Source: Deltaproteobacteria bacterium (GTDB lineage Bacteria; Myxococcota_A; Polyangia; HGW-17; JAJRWW01). Taken from it: a DNA stretch of 64,000 bases. This document shows positions 25,689 to 38,962 of this stretch, in pieces (the first letter of the stretch is position 1; each line of letters opens with the position of its first letter). A program made the translations under genes and the position numbers. The notes below the pieces were generated by a model that saw only the letters and a list, made by a program, of their open reading frames with translations, did no database searches and was not told the DNA's origin. The stretch covers positions 26,592 through 90,591 of the forward strand of contig JAOZUO010000003.1 of NCBI GenBank assembly GCA_029938605.1, read 5' to 3'.

Positions 25689-27788
25689 CTACTTCAGGGA
25701 CCGTTTGGCCTCGGGGAGATCGCCGAGGGCGGCGGCGCGGAGGTGGGCACGGGCTGCCTTGTTGTGGCCGGCGGCGTACAGGAGTCGAGCGGCGAGGAAG
25801 AGATTGCGAGACCAGTGGCCGATGAGCACCCGTCGCCTCCAGCGGAGCGGAGGGCCGCGAAGGACGCCGGCGCGGGTGACTTTGAGGTTCGACGGCGACA
25901 GCGCGGGACGGTAGGCGGGGGGGACGCCGGCGCGAAGGGCGCGGAGGGCATCGGCAGGGCGTCCGAAACGCCAGAGGATATCTCCCCGCTCCAGGGAGAT
26001 CCCTGCGGCTACATCGGCGGAGGGAGCAGAGCCCTCGGCCACGTCTCGGGAGTGGCGCTCAAGAGCTGGGGCCATGGCGTCGGGGCTGTTTGCGAAGGCG
26101 AACCGGCAGGAAGCATCATCAGCCACGAGCCAGACCCCCGGGCAGCCAGGGCGACGGCCCAGGGCGAGGGCATAACCGTAGTGCTCATAGAGCACCGGGC
26201 GGCGGGGGTTGGCGGCGAGGAAACGCTTGATGCGGCCCAGCCGACCACCGGGGCCGCGCAATTTGAACCGGCGCAGATCAGCATGATGTTGGTGGAGGAG
26301 ACGCCAGTACCAGGACGCGCCCGACAGCCCCACGGGCAGAATCACCACATCGGGACGGAGCCTTTCGGCCCGGTGCAGGTACAGCAGCGGAAAGACCCAG
26401 TGGTCCGACTTCACGATCAGAATCGCCCTGGTGGGGGCCGTCTTGAGGGCACCGGCGGCCATGGTGCGCGCGAGGCGATCATTGTGGCGTTTGCGCTGAT
26501 GGATGGCGGGGTGCGCTACGGCCACGCCCAGCAGCAAAGCCACGCCCAGACCCGCGGCCAGCCATCGGAATCGACCGCCCAGGCCCGCCAGGCGCACCAC
26601 ACCGGCGCAAGCGCCGGCCCCCAGGACCCCCACGGAGAGGGCGAGGTAGCCCACGTAGTCCGGAATGGACGGCCAGAAGATCACGTTCTGGATGAGCATG
26701 GCCAAACCCAGGCCGAAGGCGAGAACGGCGAATCCACGGCCCAGCCCGGAGCGGCGCGCCAGGAGGAAGTGGGCCACGAGGCCGACTAGGACCAAGGGGA
26801 GGAGCAGGTGGGTACCGGCCCAGGACACCCAGCGGCTCAGGTTGTCCGCGATCTGCGCTGCGGCGATGCCCTGGTTGTGCACGAAGTCGGCGTTGGTGAG
26901 GTAGCGACGCAGGGAATCACCGCCCGTGGGCGCGCCCCAGACAAAGACGTCCGCGCGGCCGGCCACCAGAGGAATGTACAGGAAGGGCGCCAGGCCGACG
27001 ATTCCGCCACCCACACCGCGCAGCACGTCGAAAAGACGGACCCGGCGCCCGTGGACGGTCACCGCGAAGGCCGGCGCCAGGGCGAGGGCCGCCGACAGGG
27101 CAATAATGGCATTGACCGAGGCTGAGAGCCCGAGGGCAACTCCCACCGCGAACCAACTCCACCCGTGGGTGAGCTCCTGCGCCCGGGCCCCATGGACACG
27201 ATCCTCGCCGGGGACGGAGGCGGGGGGCAAGGAGGGGGGGGGCAAGGAGAGGGGAGGTACGAAGAGAGGCGCTGCCCGAGCCACGGCCCAGGTGGCCAGC
27301 AGCGTAGCCAGGCTGTAGACCTCTATGCGGGTGGCGTTCTCCCACAGGGCGGGCTGCAGAGCGAGGAGGCCCACGCCCGCCGGCAGGATCACCTCCGGAC
27401 AAAAACATGGGTGGCTCGACGAATCCGACGGTTGGGGGGCGCCGTCGGCGGGCTTGCACAGCGCCTCGGCGATGCTGACCAGAGGCACCACGGTCAGCGC
27501 CGCCGCCAGCGCGGACAACAGGTTCAACCCCACCAGCCCCGAGATCCCGGGCAGACGCGAAAAGAGCCAGCCGAGCATCGTGTGCAACGGCTGTCCCAGG
27601 GGATGACCCAGGCCCCCGTTCACGGCCACCAGAGCCAGCTCCGGGCTGTCGTAGAAGGACAGATCCCGGGACATGGTCAGCAGGTAGTACAAAAAGACCG
27701 CCCCCGAGGCGATCCAGGCGTTACGACGGGCCCCGAGGGGCAATCCCAACGAGCTCCAGGAAGGGGCCGCCGACGAATTCTCGGTCAC
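25689..27788 (-). CDS. large polytopic membrane protein, DUF2723/glycosyltransferase-39-like, with a C-terminal TPR-like region
   Basis: At least 10 TM helices followed by a helical repeat tail. The start is set at the GTG overlapping (GTGA) the stop of the upstream acyltransferase. The track ORF extends to 28121 but that part overlaps the acyltransferase gene. Confidence 0.5.
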   Translation of the reverse strand: MTENSSAAPSWSSLGLPLGARRNAWIASGAVFLYYLLTMSRDLSFYDSPELALVAVNGGLGHPLGQPLHTMLGWLFSRLPGISGLVGLNLLSALAAALTVVPLVSIAEALCKPADGAPQPSDSSSHPCFCPEVILPAGVGLLALQPALWENATRIEVYSLATLLATWAVARAAPLFVPPLSLPPPSLPPASVPGEDRVHGARAQELTHGWSWFAVGVALGLSASVNAIIALSAALALAPAFAVTVHGRRVRLFDVLRGVGGGIVGLAPFLYIPLVAGRADVFVWGAPTGGDSLRRYLTNADFVHNQGIAAAQIADNLSRWVSWAGTHLLLPLVLVGLVAHFLLARRSGLGRGFAVLAFGLGLAMLIQNVIFWPSIPDYVGYLALSVGVLGAGACAGVVRLAGLGGRFRWLAAGLGVALLLGVAVAHPAIHQRKRHNDRLARTMAAGALKTAPTRAILIVKSDHWVFPLLYLHRAERLRPDVVILPVGLSGASWYWRLLHQHHADLRRFKLRGPGGRLGRIKRFLAANPRRPVLYEHYGYALALGRRPGCPGVWLVADDASCRFAFANSPDAMAPALERHSRDVAEGSAPSADVAAGISLERGDILWRFGRPADALRALRAGVPPAYRPALSPSNLKVTRAGVLRGPPLRWRRRVLIGHWSRNLFLAARLLYAAGHNKAARAHLRAAALGDLPEAKRSLK

Positions 27789-28282
27789 CGGCGCTGCCTC
27801 ACCACCCGGGCGGGTACGCCTACGGCCACGCTGAAGGCCGGGAGATCCTCTCGCACCACCGCGCCGGCGCCCACCTGGACGCCCCGGCCGATGGTCACGC
27901 CCCCAAGGACCACGGCGTTGCACCCGAGGTCGCTGCCGTCCCCGATACGCACGGGCAAAAAGTCCAGGGGACCGCCCATGATGGGCTGGTCGGGACCGGG
28001 GTCTCGGTGCGCGGAGGTGAGTATGCGGCACCCTGAACCCACGCCCACCTCGGCGCCCAGGACCAAGCCCCCGGCGCCGTGCAACAGACAGTGCTGCCCG
28101 ATCCAGGTGTCCGGGCCGCAAATGAGCTCGCCCGCGTGGTAGCCGTTGAGCACAGCGTAGTGCCCCACGTAAACGTTGTCGCCCAAAGAGACGTTCTCAG
28201 GATGCAGGATCACGGCTCCGGGCTCAATGATCACTCCATCGCCGCAGGATCTCAGATCTTCGGGTCGAACCATAGCCTCCAT
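27785..28282 (-). CDS. hexapeptide-repeat (left-handed beta-helix) acyltransferase
   Basis: Repeated [LIV]G-x4 hexapeptides (VYVGHYAVLNG, CLLHGAGGLVLGAEVGVGSGCRI, VVLGGVTIGRGVQVGAGAVV). Confidence 0.7.
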   Translation of the reverse strand: MEAMVRPEDLRSCGDGVIIEPGAVILHPENVSLGDNVYVGHYAVLNGYHAGELICGPDTWIGQHCLLHGAGGLVLGAEVGVGSGCRILTSAHRDPGPDQPIMGGPLDFLPVRIGDGSDLGCNAVVLGGVTIGRGVQVGAGAVVREDLPAFSVAVGVPARVVRQRR

Positions 28283-28473
28283 CCTGTCTCGTACGCTTCT
28301 CCATGAGTGGTCAGAGTTTAAACAATAGCCAGGCCTTTGGCTAGCTGACCTACTTATTCCTGGCCAAATTCTATGGCAAAACCTATGGCCAATTCCCTTG
28401 ACTTGGGGGGCTGAAATGCTATCAATTTGGCCTCGATCGCCGGAAGCAACAAAAACATAAGGAAAACGACCTC

Positions 28474-29937
28474 ATGGACGAATCACACCTCCAACTCAAG
28501 CTGGAGTCGCCGAGCCCGGTAACCCGCACCATTACGGGTGAAATCGCATGGGAGCCCGTGCGCGAAAAGCTGGACGAAGCCTACAAAGAGCTGGGGAAGA
28601 CCATCACCCTCAAGGGCTTCCGCAAAGGCAAAGTGCCCAAGGGTATGCTCAAAAAGATGTTCCACAAGCGCATCGCCGCTGAGATCTCCCATACCCTCGT
28701 GCAAGAGGCCCTGGTGGACGCCATCACCCGCTTGGAGCTGCGACCCGTGTCGCCCATTCCGGACTGGGACGTCGACGAGAAGGACATCGTGGAGGGCGAG
28801 TCCCTGGGCTTCTCCGCCACCCTGGAGGTGTTGCCCGAGGTGGAGATCACCGAGTATGAGGGGCTGGAGGTCAAGCGTCGGGAGGCCGCGGTCAGCGACG
28901 AGGATGTGGAGCGCTTCCTGGAGTCGAAACAGAACGAGCTGACCCAGTACCTCCCGGTGGAGGAGACCGACATGGTCGTGGGCCACATCGTGCGCTGCGA
29001 CGTCATGGGCAAGATCGGCGGCGAGCCCGTAAGCATGGAGGGTTTGACCTTCCAGCTCAACGATCCCCAGAGCGACGAAGAGTCCGGTCCCGACCCCGAC
29101 CCCGAGCGAGCGGCCATGATCGCCAAGATCACCAGCGAGCTCGTGTCCACCCGCCCCGAGGACGCCGAGCGCGACCTGACGTTCACCTGGGCCGAGGACG
29201 CGCCCGAGGCGTGGGCGTCCAAGGAGGCCCAGCTCCTGGTGGAGATCGAGGCCGTACGAGAGCGAAAAACGCCGGAGCTCGACGACGAGTTCGCCCGGGA
29301 CATCGGGGAGGCCGAAACGCTGTCGGACTACCGGGAGATCGTACGTAAGCAGCTGCTGGAAGCCGATGAGGAGCGCGTGAAGCAGGATCTGCGCCGGTCG
29401 GTGGAAGAGGCGTTGATCGAGAAGAACCCCGTTGAGGTCTCTGCCACGCTGGTGGAGCGGCAGCTCAACTCGGTCATGGAACGCGCCCAGATGGCCTTCC
29501 AAATGCGAGGGGTCTCTCCCGACATCTTCGGCATGGACAACGAAAAGCTCCGGGACCAGTTCCGAAGCTCGGCCGAGTCGGAGGTCAAAAAGACTCTGCT
29601 GACAGACGCCTTGGCCAAGAAGTTGGACGTGAAGGTCTCCGACGAGGAGCTCGAGGAGCGGCTCAAGGAGATCGCCGAGGCCCGTAGCGAAAGCTTGGAG
29701 CGGGTCAAGGCTGAGTATGAAAAGAACGCCGGAAGCGAGGCTCTGCGGGTGGTCATGCGCGAGGAGAAGGTCCTTGACTTGCTCCTAGACAGTGCCCATG
29801 TTACGACAGTGCAAGGGTCGGATGAGGCCGAGACCGAAGACCTGGAAAACGCGAAGAAATCCAGTAGGGACGCGGGTAAAGAGGACGGTTCCGAGGCCCC
29901 ATCCGAGTCCGAAGACAGCGAGCAGAAGGAGTCGTAG
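28474..29937 (+). CDS. tig: trigger factor
   Basis: Trigger-factor N-domain (GFRKGKVPKGMLKKMF), PPIase-like middle region and C-domain. Sits in the conserved tig-clpP-clpX-lon context. Confidence 0.9.
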   Translation: MDESHLQLKLESPSPVTRTITGEIAWEPVREKLDEAYKELGKTITLKGFRKGKVPKGMLKKMFHKRIAAEISHTLVQEALVDAITRLELRPVSPIPDWDVDEKDIVEGESLGFSATLEVLPEVEITEYEGLEVKRREAAVSDEDVERFLESKQNELTQYLPVEETDMVVGHIVRCDVMGKIGGEPVSMEGLTFQLNDPQSDEESGPDPDPERAAMIAKITSELVSTRPEDAERDLTFTWAEDAPEAWASKEAQLLVEIEAVRERKTPELDDEFARDIGEAETLSDYREIVRKQLLEADEERVKQDLRRSVEEALIEKNPVEVSATLVERQLNSVMERAQMAFQMRGVSPDIFGMDNEKLRDQFRSSAESEVKKTLLTDALAKKLDVKVSDEELEERLKEIAEARSESLERVKAEYEKNAGSEALRVVMREEKVLDLLLDSAHVTTVQGSDEAETEDLENAKKSSRDAGKEDGSEAPSESEDSEQKES

Positions 29938-29940
29938 ATC

Positions 29941-30614
29941 TTGTCCAACCCCTCAGGCCTGAGGCCACTGAACTCCATGCTGATCCCAACGGTCATCGAA
30001 CAGACCCACCGCGGTGAGCGGGGTTGGGACATCTTCTCGAGGCTGCTCAAGGATCGGATCATCTTTCTCGGCACCGAGATCGACGACACCGTGGCCAACA
30101 TCGTCATCGCGCAGCTGCTCTTTCTGGAATCCGAGGATCCAGACAAAGACGTCATGCTGTACCTCAACTCCCCCGGGGGGATTGTCTCGGCGGGCCTCGC
30201 GATCTACGACACCATGCAGTATGTGCGCTGCGACGTCTCCACCATCTGCATGGGCCAGTCGGCCTCTATGGCGGCGGTGCTCCTGACGGCGGGCGAAAAG
30301 GGCAAGCGCTTCATGCTGCCCCACGCCCGGATCATGATCCACCAGCCCAAGGGCGGCGCCATGGGTCAGGCCTCGGACATCGAGATCCAGGCCAAGGAGA
30401 TCCTGAAGAACCGAGAGCTGCTCAACGAGATCCTGGCGCGGCACACGGGCCAGAAGATCACGCGCGTACGCAAAGACTCGGACCGGGACTACTACATGAA
30501 CGCCACCGAAGCCATCGAGTACGGCATCGTGGACAGCCTGCTCGTGCGCGCCCAGGCCGATGAGGACAGTCCGGAGGCGGCCGCCGGTACGTCCGGCAAA
30601 AAGAGCGGCGGCTG

Positions 30615-30615
<1 letters not shown>
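29941..30615 (+). CDS. clpP: ATP-dependent Clp protease proteolytic subunit
   Basis: [24 protein letters not shown]...NSPGG...[12 protein letters not shown]...IMIHQP with the Ser-His-Asp catalytic triad context. The true start may be an internal ATG at ~29977. Confidence 0.9.
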
Positions 30616-31859
<1,244 letters not shown>

Positions 31860-31961
31860 CCCCTCCCCTTCCCCCACGCTGTTTTCTTGCGCCCCAGGCA
31901 CGGACGCGGCAAAGTGACCCGGTAAAGACTCTCCAGACCCTATCGGATGAGGTAGACGGCC

Positions 31962-34520
<2,559 letters not shown>

Positions 34521-34649
34521 GAAAACCCGTTTCGGGTCGAGGATATGAGAGGATCTGATCCAGTCTGAACTATGGCATTCATTGCGCTTGACACCCAGAA
34601 GAGGTACTGCTAGAAATCTGCCGACGTTGCGGTAGGTGGTCGGTGGTCC

Positions 34650-34721
34650 GGGCGGGTAGCTCAGTGGGAGAGCGTCGGCCTTACAAGCCGAGGGTCACAG
34701 GTTCAAGCCCTGTTCCGCCCA
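34650..34721 (+). tRNA. tRNA-Val (anticodon TAC)
   Basis: Cloverleaf: acceptor GGGCGGG/TCCGCCC, D-arm GCTC-AGTGGGA-GAGC, anticodon arm TCGGC-CTTACAA-GCCGA, T-arm ACAGG-TTCAAGC-CCTGT. Confidence 0.85.
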
Positions 34722-34738
34722 CTTTTCGATGTACGTTT

Positions 34739-34812
<74 letters not shown>

Positions 34813-34842
34813 CTTTTTCCCATTATTTTGTTTCGTTTGATG

Positions 34843-34878
34843 ACCCGGTTCAGAAATGAACCGGGTCAACTCGTTTTG
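34843..34878 (+). terminator. probable intrinsic terminator after tRNA-Asp
   Basis: Hairpin acccggttc-agaaat-gaaccgggt followed by caactcgtttt. Confidence 0.45.
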
Positions 34879-34879
34879 G

Positions 34880-35056
34880 GGCTAAGGGCCCGCTCGAATA
34901 TTAGTTGTCCAGTTCAGGGCGTTGAGGCGCCCGGCTCGCGAGGCACGACGAGGCGCATACTTATTGATATGCAACGAGAAGTAACGAAGCGAGCCAGCGA
35001 TGCATCGGCGGCCTGAGTGATCAAGTAATATTCGATCGGGTCCTAAGGGCCCTAAT
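34880..35056. repeat. ~175-bp imperfect palindromic element (family C/D), second copy, downstream of the tRNA pair
   Basis: Shares the 74-nt core (34921-34995) with 2019-2178 in inverted orientation. Its arms end in gggccc-containing termini and are self-complementary at ~65%. Confidence 0.7.
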
Positions 35057-35238
35057 AAGTCATTGCCTGAAAAATCCGCAGTCTCTTAGGATCTAGTTTT
35101 TTTGTGATGCATCTTGCTCCTTTCTTGTCGCCCATATTTCATTATAACCCCACAGAAACCCATCTTAGTGTGTAATATATAAGCACAATTTCGTTCCCCC
35201 TTGACAGGGTGCTCTTCCTGCGGCCAAATCGAGCAACG

Positions 35239-36267
35239 ATGACTTTCTCTCCGCAGATTGAAGCTGCTAAGCCCTTGGCAAAACGGCTGGTGGCCGAGAG
35301 CCCGGCCATGGTGCCCGTGGTAGAAGCCATCACCCAGGCTGCCAAGAATGACGCCCCGATTCTGCTCGAGGGCGAACAGGGCGTTGGCAAGGAGTTCATC
35401 GGCCGGCTCATCCACTTGAGCAGCTATCGCTGGGAGCACGCCTTCGAGACCATGCTGCCGCCTGCGCTGCCCGCCTCCCTGGCCGCCGAGGAGCTTTTTG
35501 GCGTCCAGGCGCGCAAGCTTCGACAAGCTTCAGGGGGCACCCTGCTGCTCAAGGAGGTCTGGCGTTTCCCCTGCGCGGTTCAGCAGCGGCTCGCCCACGC
35601 ACTTACCCTGGACACCACGGGAGACCAAACCCCCATCGCCGTCCACGATGTCTGGCTGATGATGTCCTCCCGGGTAGCCCTGGAGGACGCCTCCCGGGAG
35701 GGGCTACTCGCATCGCCACTGGCCAGCTGGCCCCGCGCCATGTGGAAAAACGTCCAGCGCATCGCCGTACCTCCGCTCCGGCGCCGTCCTGCGGACGTCC
35801 CCCTGTTGGTGGAGCAGTTCAACAAGGAGCACGCGCTGGAGATGCAGCACGAGCCACTGGTCATCCCATCTCAGATCATCGACCGCTTCATCGGCTATTC
35901 CTGGCCGGGTAATGTGTCCGAGCTAAGAAGCGTGATCTACCGGCTACACACCACCTTGCGAAGTCCCCAGGTAGAGGAGTCGCACCTCTCAGGGCTGGTG
36001 CCACAGGTGGAGGATGAGCTGCCCCTGAGTCGCTTCGGGCTCGAGGACCTCGTTCGGGCGAAGCTGCGCACCTTCCTGTCCCGCATCAAGGGCTACCACG
36101 TGGAGGACCTTCACGCGCAGGTCATCAGTCAGGTGGAGAGACCGCTGGTGGAGTTGGTCCTCGAACAGACCAGGGGCAACCAGCTACAGGCTGCCAAGGT
36201 GCTCGGCATCAACCGAAACACCCTCCGGAAAAAGATCCGAAACCTCGGCATTCGACTCCCGCGTTAA
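35239..36267 (+). CDS. sigma-54-activator-like (bEBP AAA+) regulator with a C-terminal Fis-type HTH. Degenerate: no receiver domain and no GAFTGA loop.
   Basis: Walker-A-like GEQGVGKE, ELFG then VQARKLRQA in place of the GAFTGA loop, WPGNVSEL sensor-II region, C-terminal HTH (AAKVLGINRNTLRKKIRNLGI). Confidence 0.55.
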   Translation: MTFSPQIEAAKPLAKRLVAESPAMVPVVEAITQAAKNDAPILLEGEQGVGKEFIGRLIHLSSYRWEHAFETMLPPALPASLAAEELFGVQARKLRQASGGTLLLKEVWRFPCAVQQRLAHALTLDTTGDQTPIAVHDVWLMMSSRVALEDASREGLLASPLASWPRAMWKNVQRIAVPPLRRRPADVPLLVEQFNKEHALEMQHEPLVIPSQIIDRFIGYSWPGNVSELRSVIYRLHTTLRSPQVEESHLSGLVPQVEDELPLSRFGLEDLVRAKLRTFLSRIKGYHVEDLHAQVISQVERPLVELVLEQTRGNQLQAAKVLGINRNTLRKKIRNLGIRLPR

Positions 36268-36276
36268 CGTAGTCCC

Positions 36277-37518
36277 CTACCTTGAAAACATCCATCGAAG
36301 GCCGCCGAAGGTAATCACCACCGCCGGCCCGGCCAAAATCCAGACGCGGGTGTGGGGCCAGATGAGGGTGAGCAGCGCCGTGAGCAGTAACGCCATCACC
36401 GTCCCGATAAGGAGCGTGCTGAAGCTGATCAGCAGCACCGGCGAAGCCTCCACCTGGTGGGGGTCTTCCACTTCCAACTCTTCGTCCACATCCACGCTCT
36501 GGGTGGATGGCGCCCGGGGAGGTGGGCTTCGGGGCCCACCCGGTATTCCCAAGAAAGGCGATGGTCCCGCGCCGTTGTCCCCCGCGCCGTTGTCCCCCGC
36601 GCCGTTGTCCCCCGCACCGTTGCCTCTGGAGTGGGCCAATCCTTTTTCGACGGGGTGGGACTCCTCGAAGTCCTCCATGGCCGCCATGGCGCGGAGCCGC
36701 TCACGCCGCTTTCGCACAAAGCCCAGGATCAGCAGCATCGCGGCGAATACCCAAAGAAACAGTCCCGAAGTGACCATGGGCACCAGCACGCGCTCCCAGT
36801 TCCACTTCTCTCGCCAGCGGGTGGACAGCTGTCCGGGGGTGATGTCGTAGACCTCCTTGAGCGCGCGGTCGAAGGGGATCCCATCAGCCAGCCGCCGGAT
36901 GAACCGTCGGAAGGCAATGGAATCGTCGAGGGACCGTAGGAACCGCACCAGATCATAGCTCTGCTGATAGCTCTGGGAGGCCCGATGCTTATCGTGCCCC
37001 AGGTTCCGGTGCAACTCCGCCAACGGTAGGGCGCCGCGACCGCTCCAACTCCGCGGATCCCCGACATAGGGAGCCATGGCCTGGAGATCGGCGAATCCTT
37101 CGACGAACCAGGTGGGCAACCGGCGAAACCGCGTCGCATGGGCGAGAGCCACGTGGGAGTATTCGTGGGCGAAAAGCACATTCCGATCCGCCCGCCGGCC
37201 CCCGGCTCGACCCGGACCCAAGATGATGAGGTTCCGACGAGCGTACGCCACACCCGCCACCCAACCCGGCAAGGGCCTCCCGGGCTGGGCCCGCCGAAAC
37301 TCCGCCGCGGTGGCCGTCACCACCACCACCGTAGGGCTGGGCGGCGCTCGTCCCAGATCCGCCAGGATACGCAACCGTACCCGCTCAGCCCGTTTTGCCA
37401 GAGAGAGGGCGTCAGCCTCAGCGGCCGCCGAATACCGGAAGGTGAAGTGCTCGGTGTGGTACTGCTCAGGCGGCGTCCAGGACGCTAGGATCACAGCCAT
37501 GGTCAGCGCAAGCTGCAT
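36277..37518 (-). CDS. putative zinc metallopeptidase (HExxH) with a C-terminal TM helix and GAGDN repeats
   Basis: Signal peptide, HEYSHVALAH zinc-binding motif, TM helix (LFLWVFAAMLLILGFV), (NGAGD)4 and an acidic tail. Confidence 0.45.
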   Translation of the reverse strand: MQLALTMAVILASWTPPEQYHTEHFTFRYSAAAEADALSLAKRAERVRLRILADLGRAPPSPTVVVVTATAAEFRRAQPGRPLPGWVAGVAYARRNLIILGPGRAGGRRADRNVLFAHEYSHVALAHATRFRRLPTWFVEGFADLQAMAPYVGDPRSWSGRGALPLAELHRNLGHDKHRASQSYQQSYDLVRFLRSLDDSIAFRRFIRRLADGIPFDRALKEVYDITPGQLSTRWREKWNWERVLVPMVTSGLFLWVFAAMLLILGFVRKRRERLRAMAAMEDFEESHPVEKGLAHSRGNGAGDNGAGDNGAGDNGAGPSPFLGIPGGPRSPPPRAPSTQSVDVDEELEVEDPHQVEASPVLLISFSTLLIGTVMALLLTALLTLIWPHTRVWILAGPAVVITFGGLRWMFSR

Positions 37519-37530
37519 GGTCCGTCCTGT

Positions 37531-38868
37531 CTACGGCCGGGTCACCCGGAGGAGTACCTTCTCCTCGGTCAAACTATCCTTGATGGCGAAAGCGCCCACC
37601 ACGCCAGCCACAAGGGCAGCGGCGACCCAAAAATACCATTTCTTCCAAAGCACCGCCGGCTTGGCCTTGGACTTTTTGCGGGGAGGCTGGGCCAAACCCT
37701 CGGCACGCTTGCGCTCCGCTCGCGCGACCTTGGAGAAAGCCACCAAAACAGGTTTACGAAGGTCGCCAGCGCCGGGGCGAGGCAGCGAGAGCACGGGCGA
37801 AGCGAACTTGCCCAGCCGCGCCGAGTACCAACGCGCCTTGAGGCTGCCGCCGGCGAGAACGCACACCAGCAACTGGTCAATGCGCAGTCGCTTGGCCAGG
37901 CTCTTGATGCGCGCCGAACCCCATCGGCCCGATGCGCGCCGAACCGAGGACAGGTCCTTGCGGATGTCGGCGAAGGCGTCTGCGACCCGGGGCACCATGG
38001 ACACCAGCACCTTGGAACCGGCGGTCCCGGCCGCCACCACCTGGTGAAAAACGCGGTGTCCCTCCAGCTCTACCCGGAGGCGGTGAGCGCTAGGCCCCAC
38101 CTGGAGCGTCCGCGGTCCCAGCCCGGCCGGCTGGTCGTCGAGAAACACCCGCGCCTTGGCAGCCACCTTCACCTCGAGCTTCCGCCGGGGTAACAGGGGC
38201 AGGGGCACCAGGGGATATGCGGACCAGATCCCAGCGGGTACGCCCTTGGGAACCTTGCCGGCCAACAGCTCCCGCAGCCGGGCGGCGACCTTCCGTGCCG
38301 CCGCCTTGTGTCCGAGGGCATGGTGACACAAAAGCAGGTAGGTGCAGGCCTCCACCAGGGCCCCGCGGGCCTGGCTCCAGGCCACGTGGCCGTCGTACAT
38401 GGCGATGGCCCGAGCGAATGCCTCCGCCGCCTGACCACGCTTAAGGGAGGAGAACAGCCGCTTGCCACGGCTCAAGGCGGCGGCGGCCACGGATTTCGCC
38501 TCGTCGTGGGGTAGGCCCACCAGAGCGCGGCGCAGGGCGCCACCCTGAATCGGCGAGGACAGCTTGGTCCGGGGGACCTTCTGCGCCCTTGCCCGTGCGC
38601 GGGGTCGTTTGCGCGACGCGTCGGGCACCGGGGCCCCCTTGCCCACTTTGCGGCGAGGCGGCGGGGACACGGGCGATGCCTTCGGCACCGGCTTCTTCTT
38701 CGGAGACAGCAGGTCGTAGAGTCGGAGCAGTCGCTGTGCGGTGTCGTGGTCCGCGGGGCCGGCGTTCACCACAGCGTAGCGAGGCGCCCGCGCTTCGACC
38801 ACAGAGGTGGCCCCCAGCAAGAGTACCGCGACCGCACCAAGACCCAAAACAGAAGGAAGACGTCTCAT
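37531..38868 (-). CDS. PEGA-domain protein, secreted, with a C-terminal TM anchor
   Basis: Signal peptide, Lys/Arg-rich linker, a PEGA-like segment (ARVFLDDQPAGLGPRTLQVGPSAHRLRVELEGHRVFHQVV) and a C-terminal TM helix. Confidence 0.45.
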   Translation of the reverse strand: MRRLPSVLGLGAVAVLLLGATSVVEARAPRYAVVNAGPADHDTAQRLLRLYDLLSPKKKPVPKASPVSPPPRRKVGKGAPVPDASRKRPRARARAQKVPRTKLSSPIQGGALRRALVGLPHDEAKSVAAAALSRGKRLFSSLKRGQAAEAFARAIAMYDGHVAWSQARGALVEACTYLLLCHHALGHKAAARKVAARLRELLAGKVPKGVPAGIWSAYPLVPLPLLPRRKLEVKVAAKARVFLDDQPAGLGPRTLQVGPSAHRLRVELEGHRVFHQVVAAGTAGSKVLVSMVPRVADAFADIRKDLSSVRRASGRWGSARIKSLAKRLRIDQLLVCVLAGGSLKARWYSARLGKFASPVLSLPRPGAGDLRKPVLVAFSKVARAERKRAEGLAQPPRKKSKAKPAVLWKKWYFWVAAALVAGVVGAFAIKDSLTEEKVLLRVTRP

Positions 38869-38962
38869 GGTTCACCAATCGTTGGTGCGAATGCGCACCG
38901 CCGCTCGCAGCATAGCAAAAGGGCTCACCGGTGAGAAGTGGGCTTCGGTTAGGGCTGCACGG

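Noticed and set aside
28290-28473. Promoter call upstream of tig
   Set aside because: The region is AT-richer (ttgacttggggggctgaaatgctatcaatt) and plausibly a sigma-70 promoter. I could not assign the -35 and -10 boxes unambiguously by eye, so it is not reported as a feature.
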